Positions 8,348-16,681 of a stretch of 64,000 nt of DNA are shown here, piece by piece. The DNA is from a virus, in the IMG/VR virus record IMGVR_UViG_3300047335_000043; one strand, 5' to 3'. Position numbers and translations under genes: made by a program. The notes beneath the pieces are model-generated. The model was given only the letters and a program-made list of their open reading frames with translations. It was not told the DNA's origin and did not search any database. Within the stretch, counting starts at the first letter, position 1; each line of letters begins with the position of its first letter.

Positions 8348-8583
8348 AGTTTCGCGAGCATCTGAAGTTTCGCGAGCATCGCTTCAGTCTCGCCGACTCG
8401 CTCGAAACTCAAGTCGAAATCACGGACCTGGATGATCTGCTGCGCCACCTTCGCACCATTGTGGAACCCTGGCCGACAGTTCCACCGATCAACGAAAAGA
8501 CCGTTCACATCAAACCGTACTACGATGACGATCAGATCGTCACGCTCGACGATTATGGCGTGTTGGGCTTTCTCACGAAATAA
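8344..8583 (+). CDS. Hypothetical protein
   Basis: TTGA coupling; last gene of the plus-strand run. Confidence 0.65.
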   Translation: MKFREHLKFREHRFSLADSLETQVEITDLDDLLRHLRTIVEPWPTVPPINEKTVHIKPYYDDDQIVTLDDYGVLGFLTK

Positions 8584-8595
8584 AGGAGCCGCCGC

Positions 8596-8739
8596 CTACT
8601 TACGCAGACGGCAGCTCACGACCACGACTGCCTGCACGGCGAGCCACCGTGCGACAACCGCAAACAAATGCACAGCCGAGTGCCAGTAGAGGGGCACCCA
8701 GCCGGCGATAACCGACTCGGTGAAATCCTCGAACGTCAT
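8596..8739 (-). CDS. Possible small hydrophobic protein (47 aa)
   Basis: AGGTG SD, ATG; MTFEDFTESVIAGWVPLYW...; fills the convergent gap. Confidence 0.35.
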   Translation of the reverse strand: MTFEDFTESVIAGWVPLYWHSAVHLFAVVARWLAVQAVVVVSCRLRK

Positions 8740-8813
8740 GACACATCACCTGGCACCCTTTGCTGAATTTAGCAGGGCGCGAAGGATACCGATGGATCTC
8801 GCGAAGTGCAAAT

Positions 8814-9146
8814 TTAAATATGCAGGCGACGCGCAATTTGCCAAAATTTAAGTGCCGCTTCCGCCGCTTGCCGCCGCGTGAGCTTAGGATCATCGCCGCA
8901 CGTGGCGCCGGGCACGTAGCAGGAACACTTGCGCTGCTGGTGCGCGACGGAACCTAAGATGCCGCGCAGGTGACAGGCATGATGATAGGGCACTTCACGC
9001 GCTTCACCATCGTAGTACGGAATCATCCAACCGCAATCGCCGGCCCGGATCGGCTCGCCGCAGCGCTGGCACGGAACGTCAACGGGCGTCTCGGAAAAGA
9101 GCACCTCGGGGTCGTCATCGATCCGCGTGCGACCGAAATATCTCAC
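8814..9146 (-). CDS. Cys-rich hypothetical protein
   Basis: GTGA-coupled start at 9146; CQRC...HHAC...CSC. Confidence 0.65.
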   Translation of the reverse strand: MRYFGRTRIDDDPEVLFSETPVDVPCQRCGEPIRAGDCGWMIPYYDGEAREVPYHHACHLRGILGSVAHQQRKCSCYVPGATCGDDPKLTRRQAAEAALKFWQIARRLHI

Positions 9147-9420
9147 ACCCAGCTCTCCAGGATGCACGGGTCGTCTCCGGGGGAGCGTGGCAGGCGCGTG
9201 AGACCCATGTTCCGCATCGCGCCGCGCACATACTCCAGTTGCGCGTGGTTGAAGTGAAGCGCCAGCGGTGCTCCACGCTTCGAGCTGAAGGGCCGCACGA
9301 CATACTCCGCAGGGAAGTCGCTGGGGTGCTCGTAGATCACCCAGATCAGGAGATCGCCGCCAGCATAGGCATTTGCCTGGAGCTGCTGAATCCCGCGCCT
9401 ATTGAGGCGTACAGACTCAC
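9143..9420 (-). pseudogene. Hypothetical gene apparently frameshifted near its start
   Basis: GTG coupled to the csrA stop is out of frame with the body (IWVIYEHPSDFP...DDPCILESWV), which has no nearby start codon. Confidence 0.5.
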
Positions 9421-9599
9421 ATAGCTGCACGGCGCCGCTCCTCCGCGATCTTCGCGTAGATCTCCTCGCGATGCACGGTGACATCGGGCGGCGCCTTGAT
9501 CCCGAGGCGCACTTGCGCGCCCTGGACGCCCATGACCGTCACCTCAACGGTGTCGCCGATCATAAGCGTCTCCCCCACTCGCCTCGTCAGAATCAGCAT
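9417..9599 (-). CDS. csrA: Carbon storage regulator CsrA homolog
   Basis: [16 protein letters not shown]...[19 protein letters not shown]; GAGGAG SD. Confidence 0.95.
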   Translation of the reverse strand: MLILTRRVGETLMIGDTVEVTVMGVQGAQVRLGIKAPPDVTVHREEIYAKIAEERRRAAM

Positions 9600-9635
9600 C
9601 GCGATTCTCCTCAGGCGGCCCGCAGCGGGTCGTCG

Positions 9636-10340
9636 TTACATTTTGCCTTCAAGTGTATGCAGCACGACCATGGCGATCGTATGCACGGGATCATTCATGT
9701 TGATCACGCCGCGTATGGTCTTCAGTAGCGCGATCGAGCTGGCGACGGACTTCTCCAACGGGCGATCAGTGCCCGGCATGGGTGGCACCGGCTTCTTCAC
9801 GTAGGCGCGCTTCGCTTTGAACTTCTTCTGCCACGCACTGATCATCGAGGCGTGAGCGCCGATGCTCGCCGCCACCATGACTTTCTGCTCACCGTCCGCG
9901 ACGCGCTGCACAGCCGCGAGCTTCTCCTCATCGCTCCAGACTCGTCGTTCGTGATAAGGCTTAACGCGCGGCTTGCCCTTCACGATCGATGAGCCCTTGG
10001 GCGTTTTCTTAGCAGCCATCGTTTGGCTCCTCTCAGCGCCATCGGCCAATTGGTGCTTCCAAACCGTAATGGTGTGCATCGAAACGCCGGTCTCCTTGGC
10101 GACATCCTTGCGCTGCTCGCCTGCCTCAACCCGAGCAACCACAGCCCGCTTGGTAGCATCGTCGTAAGTGGGGTGTGGTCGGCTCATCTTCACTCCCGCG
10201 CTACGCGCCCATTTGCGCAATGTAGATTTATCGACGTCGAGATCCTTCGCGACATCAACGGTTCTCTCGTTTGCTAGGCGGGCAATCGCCTTGCGCTTCT
10301 CCTCGTCACTGAAACTGCTCTGCGGTCCCGGTCCCCCCAT
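9636..10340 (-). CDS. Protein with three tandem transposase-like HTH repeats
   Basis: Three units of S/D-D-x-x-K...VA...G/D-V/A...I/L-x-x-W. Confidence 0.8.
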   Translation of the reverse strand: MGGPGPQSSFSDEEKRKAIARLANERTVDVAKDLDVDKSTLRKWARSAGVKMSRPHPTYDDATKRAVVARVEAGEQRKDVAKETGVSMHTITVWKHQLADGAERSQTMAAKKTPKGSSIVKGKPRVKPYHERRVWSDEEKLAAVQRVADGEQKVMVAASIGAHASMISAWQKKFKAKRAYVKKPVPPMPGTDRPLEKSVASSIALLKTIRGVINMNDPVHTIAMVVLHTLEGKM

Positions 10341-10342
10341 GG

Positions 10343-10585
10343 CTATTGCCTACGCACGGCGCGCGACACGGGATGGCGCGCTGCAGCTTGCACTTGATCG
10401 ATCTTGCGCTCGCCCACATGCTCTAAGCGAAACACGTTGCGGGTGAGCTTCTTCGTATACTGAATGATCTCGGACGCGCGACGCTTCGACCAGCGCCCCA
10501 TGTGGTGGCGACATTTGGCGCAGTAAAATCGTCGGCTGTGGGTGAGGAGCGTCTCGCCACAATTCGGTGTTGGGCAGATCGCCAT
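10343..10585 (-). CDS. Small Zn-ribbon protein
   Basis: CPTPNC...CAKC; AGGAG SD. Confidence 0.65.
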   Translation of the reverse strand: MAICPTPNCGETLLTHSRRFYCAKCRHHMGRWSKRRASEIIQYTKKLTRNVFRLEHVGERKIDQVQAAARHPVSRAVRRQ

Positions 10586-10741
10586 AGGCAGTCTCTCCTT
10601 CGCTGCGAGTAGTTATATTAACGAGTTAGACGAGGAATCTTCGCAAATTGCTAACTTTGGCAATTAGGCGCGTCCCCAGGACGACTGTCAAGCGGTCATT
10701 CATTCTGCAATATGTGCGTTACCGCACTTAGCGAAGGTGCG

Positions 10742-11179
10742 CTAGTTAGGCAGCTCGTCGAGCAGCCGGCAGTCACTTAAGGCGGTTTCGTACTTCCGCT
10801 CGAAGCCGTCGATGCGTCCCCTAAGATCGATTCCAGGTCCTGGGTTAACTGGCCGAGTGGCGGGATCTGCACCTGGGGCTTCGGCGGCGACGCTGGGCAC
10901 GGTACCGCTACATACCGGGGGGCTGTGGTACACGAACACAGGCACAGTGTGAATGCTAGGCAGAGCGAGGGTCTTAAGATCGTCAGCATGGTCGTCCTCC
11001 GCTTTCGTCACTTCGGCGAGCTGCGCCTGATCCGCCGTGTGCTCGGTGAGCACCGCCGTGGCAGTCGCCTGCGCCGCTTTCAACTTGTCGGCGTCCCACT
11101 CGTCTTGAATGCGCCACACGCCGATCTTGTAGCCGAACCACACGAGCGCTAAGGCGATGCCGATCTTCACGTAGGTCAC
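10742..11179 (-). CDS. Rz: Rz-like inner-membrane spanin
   Basis: N-terminal TM segment and Ala-rich coiled coil; follows holin and endolysin. Confidence 0.8.
   Translation of the reverse strand: MTYVKIGIALALVWFGYKIGVWRIQDEWDADKLKAAQATATAVLTEHTADQAQLAEVTKAEDDHADDLKTLALPSIHTVPVFVYHSPPVCSGTVPSVAAEAPGADPATRPVNPGPGIDLRGRIDGFERKYETALSDCRLLDELPN
10777..10989 (-). CDS. Rz1: Rz1-like outer-membrane lipoprotein spanin, nested in Rz
   Basis: Lipoprotein-type signal LCLCSC, Pro-rich, embedded in another frame. Confidence 0.8.
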   Translation of the reverse strand: MLTILRPSLCLAFTLCLCSCTTAPRYVAVPCPASPPKPQVQIPPLGQLTQDLESILGDASTASSGSTKPP

Positions 11180-11415
11180 GGCTTCTGCCCGCTCGGGTCT
11201 TCGGTGCGACTACGTGAGAACCAGAAGTGAACCACGGTGCCGAGCGCCGCCGTCAAGGCGCCTAAGATCGTCTGCAAACAATCGTGCCACTCGGGCTTGG
11301 TGTTAACGACGCCCACCATGAACGCCCAAAGCACGAAGAAGTAGCCGCCCACGAACGTGATGGAGAGCGCAATCTGCGCGCCCGCAATCACGTGCTTGGG
11401 CAGCACGGGGATCAC
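11176..11415 (-). CDS. Putative holin
   Basis: Two TM helices with a basic C-terminus (HFWFSRSR); GTGA-coupled start 11415. Confidence 0.7.
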   Translation of the reverse strand: MIPVLPKHVIAGAQIALSITFVGGYFFVLWAFMVGVVNTKPEWHDCLQTILGALTAALGTVVHFWFSRSRTEDPSGQKP

Positions 11416-11615
11416 ACCAGTTTCTTGATCAAGAGCCACGCAATACCCGACCAGCTCACCGCGTGACCCACGAGGCCGACGACGTTCGTCTTGAGCCACG
11501 TCCACACCGTCGTCACTTCCGCCTTCGCTGCTGTCTCCAGGGTAACCAGGCGCGCCTTCAACGCAGCCAGCTCGGTCTTCACGTCGGTCTCGATCGTCTC
11601 TAGTTCACTCATCAT
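11412..11615 (-). CDS. Lysis-region membrane protein (coiled coil plus C-terminal TM)
   Basis: AGGAG SD; lies between endolysin and holin. Confidence 0.7.
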   Translation of the reverse strand: MMSELETIETDVKTELAALKARLVTLETAAKAEVTTVWTWLKTNVVGLVGHAVSWSGIAWLLIKKLV

Positions 11616-11621
11616 CGTCTC

Positions 11622-12074
11622 CTATCGCAGTAACACGCCCGGTACGGGCACGTCGGCACAAACTTGTTTCACATAGCGCTGGGTCTCGCCGGGCATGTCA
11701 GCGAGGATGTAATGATCGGCGTTCACGGCGTACTCGTGATGCACGTTGCCGCCGCCCCAGTTGTAGGCCGCAATCGCCACCTGCCAATCGTTGAAGCGCA
11801 CGTACAAACTCTCGAGTAGCTGCGCCGCGTCCTCAATGTCGGCATCGGGACTTATGCCTGCGTTCGGGAAGTACTTCGGGTTCAACTGCATGATGCCGAT
11901 GCAGCCCGCTGGCGACACTTCGCTGCCGTCGATGACCTCAGGCAAAAAGCTACTTTCCTCATACGCGATGCGCGCAAGCAGGTTGTGCGGAATCTGGGAC
12001 ACCACTTCGGCGGCGTTCAACGCCGGTACCCAGAGGGGACCATCGTTCGCCTTCAGCCAGTCAGCGTTTGCCAT
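11622..12074 (-). CDS. Endolysin, lytic transglycosylase (SLT) family
   Basis: ARIAYEESSF (catalytic E-S), GIMQ and AAYNWG motifs. Confidence 0.9.
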   Translation of the reverse strand: MANADWLKANDGPLWVPALNAAEVVSQIPHNLLARIAYEESSFLPEVIDGSEVSPAGCIGIMQLNPKYFPNAGISPDADIEDAAQLLESLYVRFNDWQVAIAAYNWGGGNVHHEYAVNADHYILADMPGETQRYVKQVCADVPVPGVLLR

Positions 12075-12258
12075 TGGCCCTCTCTTGAATCTTTTCCAGT
12101 CGGCGCTTGAGCGCTTCGAGTTCGCGGATCAGGCGCTCCACCTCGATGAGCACGAACTCCGACGAGGAGCCAAAGTGCTGGCGCATGCCTTCGATTTCTA
12201 GCCGCAGTCCTTTCACGGCGACTTCGAGTTCGGCCAGCGTGGCGGCGACTTTCTTCAT
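12061..12258 (-). CDS. Small coiled-coil protein
   Basis: ATGA-coupled start 12258. Confidence 0.6.
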   Translation of the reverse strand: MKKVAATLAELEVAVKGLRLEIEGMRQHFGSSSEFVLIEVERLIRELEALKRRLEKIQERANGKR

Positions 12259-12611
12259 TGCTTGAGCCTCGCGATAAGCATCGCGACCAGTACGGAGGTG
12301 ACGGCAGTCGCAAAGTGGCTGGCGAACTGCTTCCAAAAGTTGCGCAGCTTGTCGCTGTCCTTGGCTTTTTCTTTCTGTTCGATCTGCTTGTTGACGAGCT
12401 TTGCCAGCTCCACGGGAGTGATGTGCGAGATGGATCGCTGCATCGTCTTTTGGTTCTGCACGATGGTCCGCATATCCACTTCGTGCTGCAAACGAATGCG
12501 ATCAATGGCCGCAATGAGTTCCAGGCGGAACGCAAGATCTCCAGGTGCCTGCGCGATCTGGCGCAGGTTTCGCATGGTGTCGCTGCCTGAAAGTTTGAAG
12601 TCATCGTCCAC
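12255..12611 (-). CDS. Coiled-coil protein with C-terminal TM (lysis-associated)
   Basis: FATAVTSVLVAMLIARLKQ tail. Confidence 0.65.
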   Translation of the reverse strand: MDDDFKLSGSDTMRNLRQIAQAPGDLAFRLELIAAIDRIRLQHEVDMRTIVQNQKTMQRSISHITPVELAKLVNKQIEQKEKAKDSDKLRNFWKQFASHFATAVTSVLVAMLIARLKQ

Positions 12612-12614
12612 ACA

Positions 12615-12971
12615 TCACGCGACGGCGCCCTCTAGTGGTTCCAGATGTCCGTCGCCATCGAACGAGCCGCTGTGCTCCGACTCAGGTAACTCGCCGTAGC
12701 CCTGTGGCATGCCGTAGAGAAAGAGATTCAGGATCACGGCGTCGGTGATCGCGATGACCGTGTGGCGCTTCCACCAATCGAACTGCAGCAACGCACCGGC
12801 ACTTGCGCGTGTCAATGCATCGAGGACCCGCAGGCCCACGTCGCCGGAGATCACAAACACGTCGTGAGCCCGATCAGCGTCGTGGGCATGCGTCGGCAGG
12901 CGTTCGCCCGCCGGGATGTCGTAGCGAATGCCGAAGAGCGCGCCCGACCGGTACCAGGAGTACTTGATCAC
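12615..12971 (-). CDS. Cupin-like protein
   Basis: LPTHAH...HDVFVISG...HTVIA. Confidence 0.6.
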   Translation of the reverse strand: MIKYSWYRSGALFGIRYDIPAGERLPTHAHDADRAHDVFVISGDVGLRVLDALTRASAGALLQFDWWKRHTVIAITDAVILNLFLYGMPQGYGELPESEHSGSFDGDGHLEPLEGAVA

Positions 12972-13684
12972 GCGAACCTCACGATGACTTGACCGGGCGA
13001 GCCACCCACGATGCCGATGTTCGCCGCACCGTAGCCGCCGCGACCGGCCGCGAGCCCCGTGCCGTTGATGCCAACGACACCGGCTCCTGAGAAGCCGCCA
13101 TCGTCGGTCGTGCCCGCGTTGCCCGCGTTGCCGGCATAATTGTGGGTGTTGCCGCCCGTGCCGATCGCGCCGGCCGTGCCGCCTGCGCCGGGGTGACCAC
13201 CATTGGCGGCGGTCCCGCCCGTGCCGCCCGTGTAGCCGGTCATGGTGGTGAGCGTGTAGGTGCCGCTCGTACAGGTCGTGTTGCCGGTGGGATTCGGGAT
13301 CGAATAGTTGAGGTAGTAGCTGCCGCTGTTGTAAGCCGTGACGTTGTAGATGCTGTAGGCATAACCGCCCGAGCCGGGGCCGCCGCCGCCCGCTTCAAAG
13401 CAGCCGGTGCCCGCGCCGTGACCGGGAATGCCGTTGGGTCCCCACACCTCCAGCTCCATCTGCGTGCAGTACTGCGGGATGTAGATCGTGCCGTTCGTGA
13501 AACCCGTGTTGTACGTGTACACGACCGGCGTGAAGGCGCTGTAGACCAGGCGCGCCACGCTCCCGGAGTCGCTCACGTAGATGAGCTTGATCAGGCGCAG
13601 TACGGACCCGGAATCGGAGGCGTAGACGATCTTGGCGTAGCGCGCCACATCGCCGGAATCCGACACGTAGAGTGCGGCCGTCAT
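12968..13684 (-). CDS. Glycine-rich tail fibre / receptor-binding-like protein
   Basis: Triple YxSDSGxV repeat then a GGGGxGGY Gly-rich domain. Confidence 0.7.
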   Translation of the reverse strand: MTAALYVSDSGDVARYAKIVYASDSGSVLRLIKLIYVSDSGSVARLVYSAFTPVVYTYNTGFTNGTIYIPQYCTQMELEVWGPNGIPGHGAGTGCFEAGGGGPGSGGYAYSIYNVTAYNSGSYYLNYSIPNPTGNTTCTSGTYTLTTMTGYTGGTGGTAANGGHPGAGGTAGAIGTGGNTHNYAGNAGNAGTTDDGGFSGAGVVGINGTGLAAGRGGYGAANIGIVGGSPGQVIVRFA

Positions 13685-13884
13685 CGCCAGGGAGCATCTT
13701 TATGGCGGCGCGCTTCCCAGTGCGGTCGAAAGAATTCGACAGCCTCGTCAGTGCTTTTGCCCTTGTCCTGAAATCCGCCGCGTATCCCTGGCAAAAATAG
13801 GTCTCGTACCCAGTGGCCCGACTCAACACCGAGCTTCCCAAATACGTCTTCCACATAAGGGTCTTTGTTGGTTGTGTTGCTCAT
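13681..13884 (-). CDS. Hypothetical protein (67 aa)
   Basis: TGATG-coupled start MSNTTNKDPY. Confidence 0.55.
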   Translation of the reverse strand: MSNTTNKDPYVEDVFGKLGVESGHWVRDLFLPGIRGGFQDKGKSTDEAVEFFRPHWEARRHKDAPWR

Positions 13885-14486
13885 CAGTAGTAGTACCAGA
13901 TCTGCCCAGGCGCAGTCGGCGTGGGAGCCGAACCGGGGTTCGCGGCGATCGTCACGCCAGGCCCTACGGCGGCGTTGGGCAGGCGCGCGTTCGCGACCGT
14001 GCCACTCGTCAGGTTCGTCGCGTTCGACGACGTGACAGCGGCTGCGGCGATTGCAGCGGCCTGCGCGACGGCGGCGACGCCTGCGGCGTAGGCGGTGTCG
14101 GCGTAACCCACATTGGTGCCGTCGGAAATCACGAGCGTCACATTGCCGGCGGTCATGATGAACGAGTTGCCGCCGGTAATCCCGAAGCTCAAGTTGTACG
14201 AGCCCGAGCACGAGTTCGACACCGACCAAATGCCGCCCACGCCTGCCGGCAGCACGTAGGTGAGATTGCCCGACAGCACGCCACCGAACTCCATGATGAG
14301 CGGTTGGTACTGCGAGAGCGTGAAGGCATACGTGCCGGCTGAGACGCCAGTCACGACGATCTTGACGACGCCACCCAAGGCGGTGTCGATGATCGCCCAG
14401 TCGGCATTCACCGGCACGTTCCAGTCGTTGTTGTAGGCGCCGGCAGCGGGCTGCTCGATGGACTTATTGGGCGTGTACGTGCTCAT
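13884..14486 (-). CDS. Tail fibre attachment / virion structural protein
   Basis: MSTYTPNKSIEQPAAG...WNVPVNADWAIID N-terminus typical of phage fibre adaptors (recall). Confidence 0.65.
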   Translation of the reverse strand: MSTYTPNKSIEQPAAGAYNNDWNVPVNADWAIIDTALGGVVKIVVTGVSAGTYAFTLSQYQPLIMEFGGVLSGNLTYVLPAGVGGIWSVSNSCSGSYNLSFGITGGNSFIMTAGNVTLVISDGTNVGYADTAYAAGVAAVAQAAAIAAAAVTSSNATNLTSGTVANARLPNAAVGPGVTIAANPGSAPTPTAPGQIWYYY

Positions 14487-16681
14487 AGATGTTCCTGGGC
14501 AATGTCGAGGGCGCGCGTGATCGCGGCGTCGGGTACGTTGAGTAGCGGCTTGGTGGTCTCATCGGTGGCGCGCTTGGCGGCCTGCCAGCGTCTCGTCAGG
14601 CGATTGACGAGCATGTCTTCGGTGACCTTGCCGCCGGAGGCGCGGGCGATCGGTGGCTGCGCGGGGTTCACGGCTCCTTCGAGGCCGGCTCCTGGCTTGA
14701 CGGCGTCGCGCGCGAATTCGAGCTTGGCGTCGCGCACTGACTGCAGCGCTTTTGCGTTCTTGGAGTCTTTCAGCTTCGAGTCGAGCATCTTCTTGCCGAG
14801 AACACCCACGGGACCAAAGTGCCCGGCGGCGGCGTCCGCGCCCACGTCCAACAGATGCGAGATCAACTGGGGGTCTTTCGGAAACACCGCGCCATGCCGC
14901 TCCAGCGCGAGCATCGTGTTGGAGCGGTTCACTGCCGTGGCTTTACCCTCCTCGTTCACGTAGCCCGCGACACGTTTCAGGCGCTGCACGTTCTCGATCG
15001 TCTCGGGATTTAAGAGCGATCCTACTTTCCCCTTGGAGTCGAGCTGTGTGACCGCCTTAAAGAACGGCGAATACTGAAAGCCAGTCTTGGCGTGTCCGAG
15101 CGCATCGACGCCAGCAGCATCGCGTAAGTGGTTCAACGTCGCTGCTTCCATCGCGGAAGAAAGCCCCTGATCGGGCACCGCTGCTTTCAGTCGCTTGATG
15201 AAGGCAGGAGCGGCGCTAACGCCGTCACCGAGCACGTAGCGATTCATGAAGTTCGCAGCGAGCGGCGACTCCTGGGTCAGGTCATGAAGACCGTCTTTGG
15301 TCTTCTCGACATTGTCTTCAATCGCCGCCTTATAAGCGGGATTTGCTTCAATCGTGTCGAACCGAGCCTTGGCCGCCGCGCGCGCGTCGTTCGCCAGGCC
15401 CTTCAAGTGCATCGCATCTTCCGTGAGCGGCATGTTCTCCAGCGTGTCGCGGATGATCCCCGCCGCCTTCTTTGTTGGCCCCTTGCCGCGCATCACCTCC
15501 GCGAGGTTGCTGCGCATGTCCTCAAAGGTTTCGAAATCGATCGGCTTGCCAGAGTTCAGCGTGTCCATGATCTCGGAGATCGTCGGGTCCGCTGCTGCCG
15601 CCTTGCTAAGGAGGCGCTTGCCAAGCTGCGACTTGATCGTATCGATGGCGGTGCCAGTGTCGATCGGCACGCTGCCGCCGTTGGCATCCGTTAGTGCCTT
15701 ATACTTGGCGCGGATATCCGTGAGAGCTTCGTTGTCACGCTGCTTGATCGCGTTGACCGCAGCCTGACCGTGATCCACGTTGTTGCGCTGTACGATGTCA
15801 GGATTGGCGCGCCGCTGGATCTCGCCAATACTTGAAGTAAGCTTCTTGTCCTGATCTTCGATCGAGGCAGTCAGGACTCCCTGCGTATCCGGGTCCGCGC
15901 GCAGGTTCTTCTCGTCCGAGATCTGCTGCGCATCCTGAGTGGCCTGCCCGCGCCGCAGACGCAGCGGTCCCTTGCCGTCGTCAGGGAGCGGGAGCTGCGC
16001 GGTGTCGAGATGGCGATCAAGCGCATCAAGATCTTCGATCTTCCCATCGTTGCTGGCCGCATGCCCCTCAATAGCCGAGCGCAGCCCAGGATCAGCCACG
16101 CTCAAGTCACGCGGTGTGGATGCGGCGCCCATGGACTGCGGCGCCGTGGAGTTCGCGAGCGCCTCCTCGGCGGTGTAGGTCTTCGCTGGTACGGGCGGCT
16201 TGAACTGATTCACCAATGAACGGGCTGGGCCTTTAAGAAGGCCGGCTGTGCCGGTGAGTGCAGCGATTGCTGTCGGCGCGGACTTAATTGCGGTCGATAC
16301 TCCGGGAGATGCGCCCCAATCGGCTGATTTGTCGGCGAGATAGTCAGCACCCTCTTGCGCGTAGTTCAGCGGGTTATACTTCGAGGTCATAGCCGACTTC
16401 AATGCAGAATCGGGTGCCTGGTAAGCCTTTGAGGTTTCGTCGTCAATCGCGTCAACGGCAGCGTTGAGCCCCTGCCAGGTGATGAGTTTGCCGATACCCC
16501 TGTAACCGCCCACGGCGCCGTGATACATGTTGCTGCCCGCTTCCTCCAGAAAGTTGCCGACGCTGTCGCCGATCTTCGGTTTCGCGAGCGCTGCTTCCGT
16601 CACTCGGTTGTACTTGTCCGGTGGCGGCAAGTCATCGAGCGGGCTGGGTGGCGCTAAGTCGTCGAGTGGATTTGCCATCAC
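14483..16681 (-). CDS. Large internal virion (ejection) protein
   Basis: 732 aa, helical and Ala-rich; last of the ejection cluster; RASGGKV motif near the C-terminus. Confidence 0.7.
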   Translation of the reverse strand: MMANPLDDLAPPSPLDDLPPPDKYNRVTEAALAKPKIGDSVGNFLEEAGSNMYHGAVGGYRGIGKLITWQGLNAAVDAIDDETSKAYQAPDSALKSAMTSKYNPLNYAQEGADYLADKSADWGASPGVSTAIKSAPTAIAALTGTAGLLKGPARSLVNQFKPPVPAKTYTAEEALANSTAPQSMGAASTPRDLSVADPGLRSAIEGHAASNDGKIEDLDALDRHLDTAQLPLPDDGKGPLRLRRGQATQDAQQISDEKNLRADPDTQGVLTASIEDQDKKLTSSIGEIQRRANPDIVQRNNVDHGQAAVNAIKQRDNEALTDIRAKYKALTDANGGSVPIDTGTAIDTIKSQLGKRLLSKAAAADPTISEIMDTLNSGKPIDFETFEDMRSNLAEVMRGKGPTKKAAGIIRDTLENMPLTEDAMHLKGLANDARAAAKARFDTIEANPAYKAAIEDNVEKTKDGLHDLTQESPLAANFMNRYVLGDGVSAAPAFIKRLKAAVPDQGLSSAMEAATLNHLRDAAGVDALGHAKTGFQYSPFFKAVTQLDSKGKVGSLLNPETIENVQRLKRVAGYVNEEGKATAVNRSNTMLALERHGAVFPKDPQLISHLLDVGADAAAGHFGPVGVLGKKMLDSKLKDSKNAKALQSVRDAKLEFARDAVKPGAGLEGAVNPAQPPIARASGGKVTEDMLVNRLTRRWQAAKRATDETTKPLLNVPDAAITRALDIAQEHL

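Noticed and set aside
9636-10340. IS3-family insertion sequence
   Set aside because: No DDE transposase ORF, terminal inverted repeats or target duplication seen
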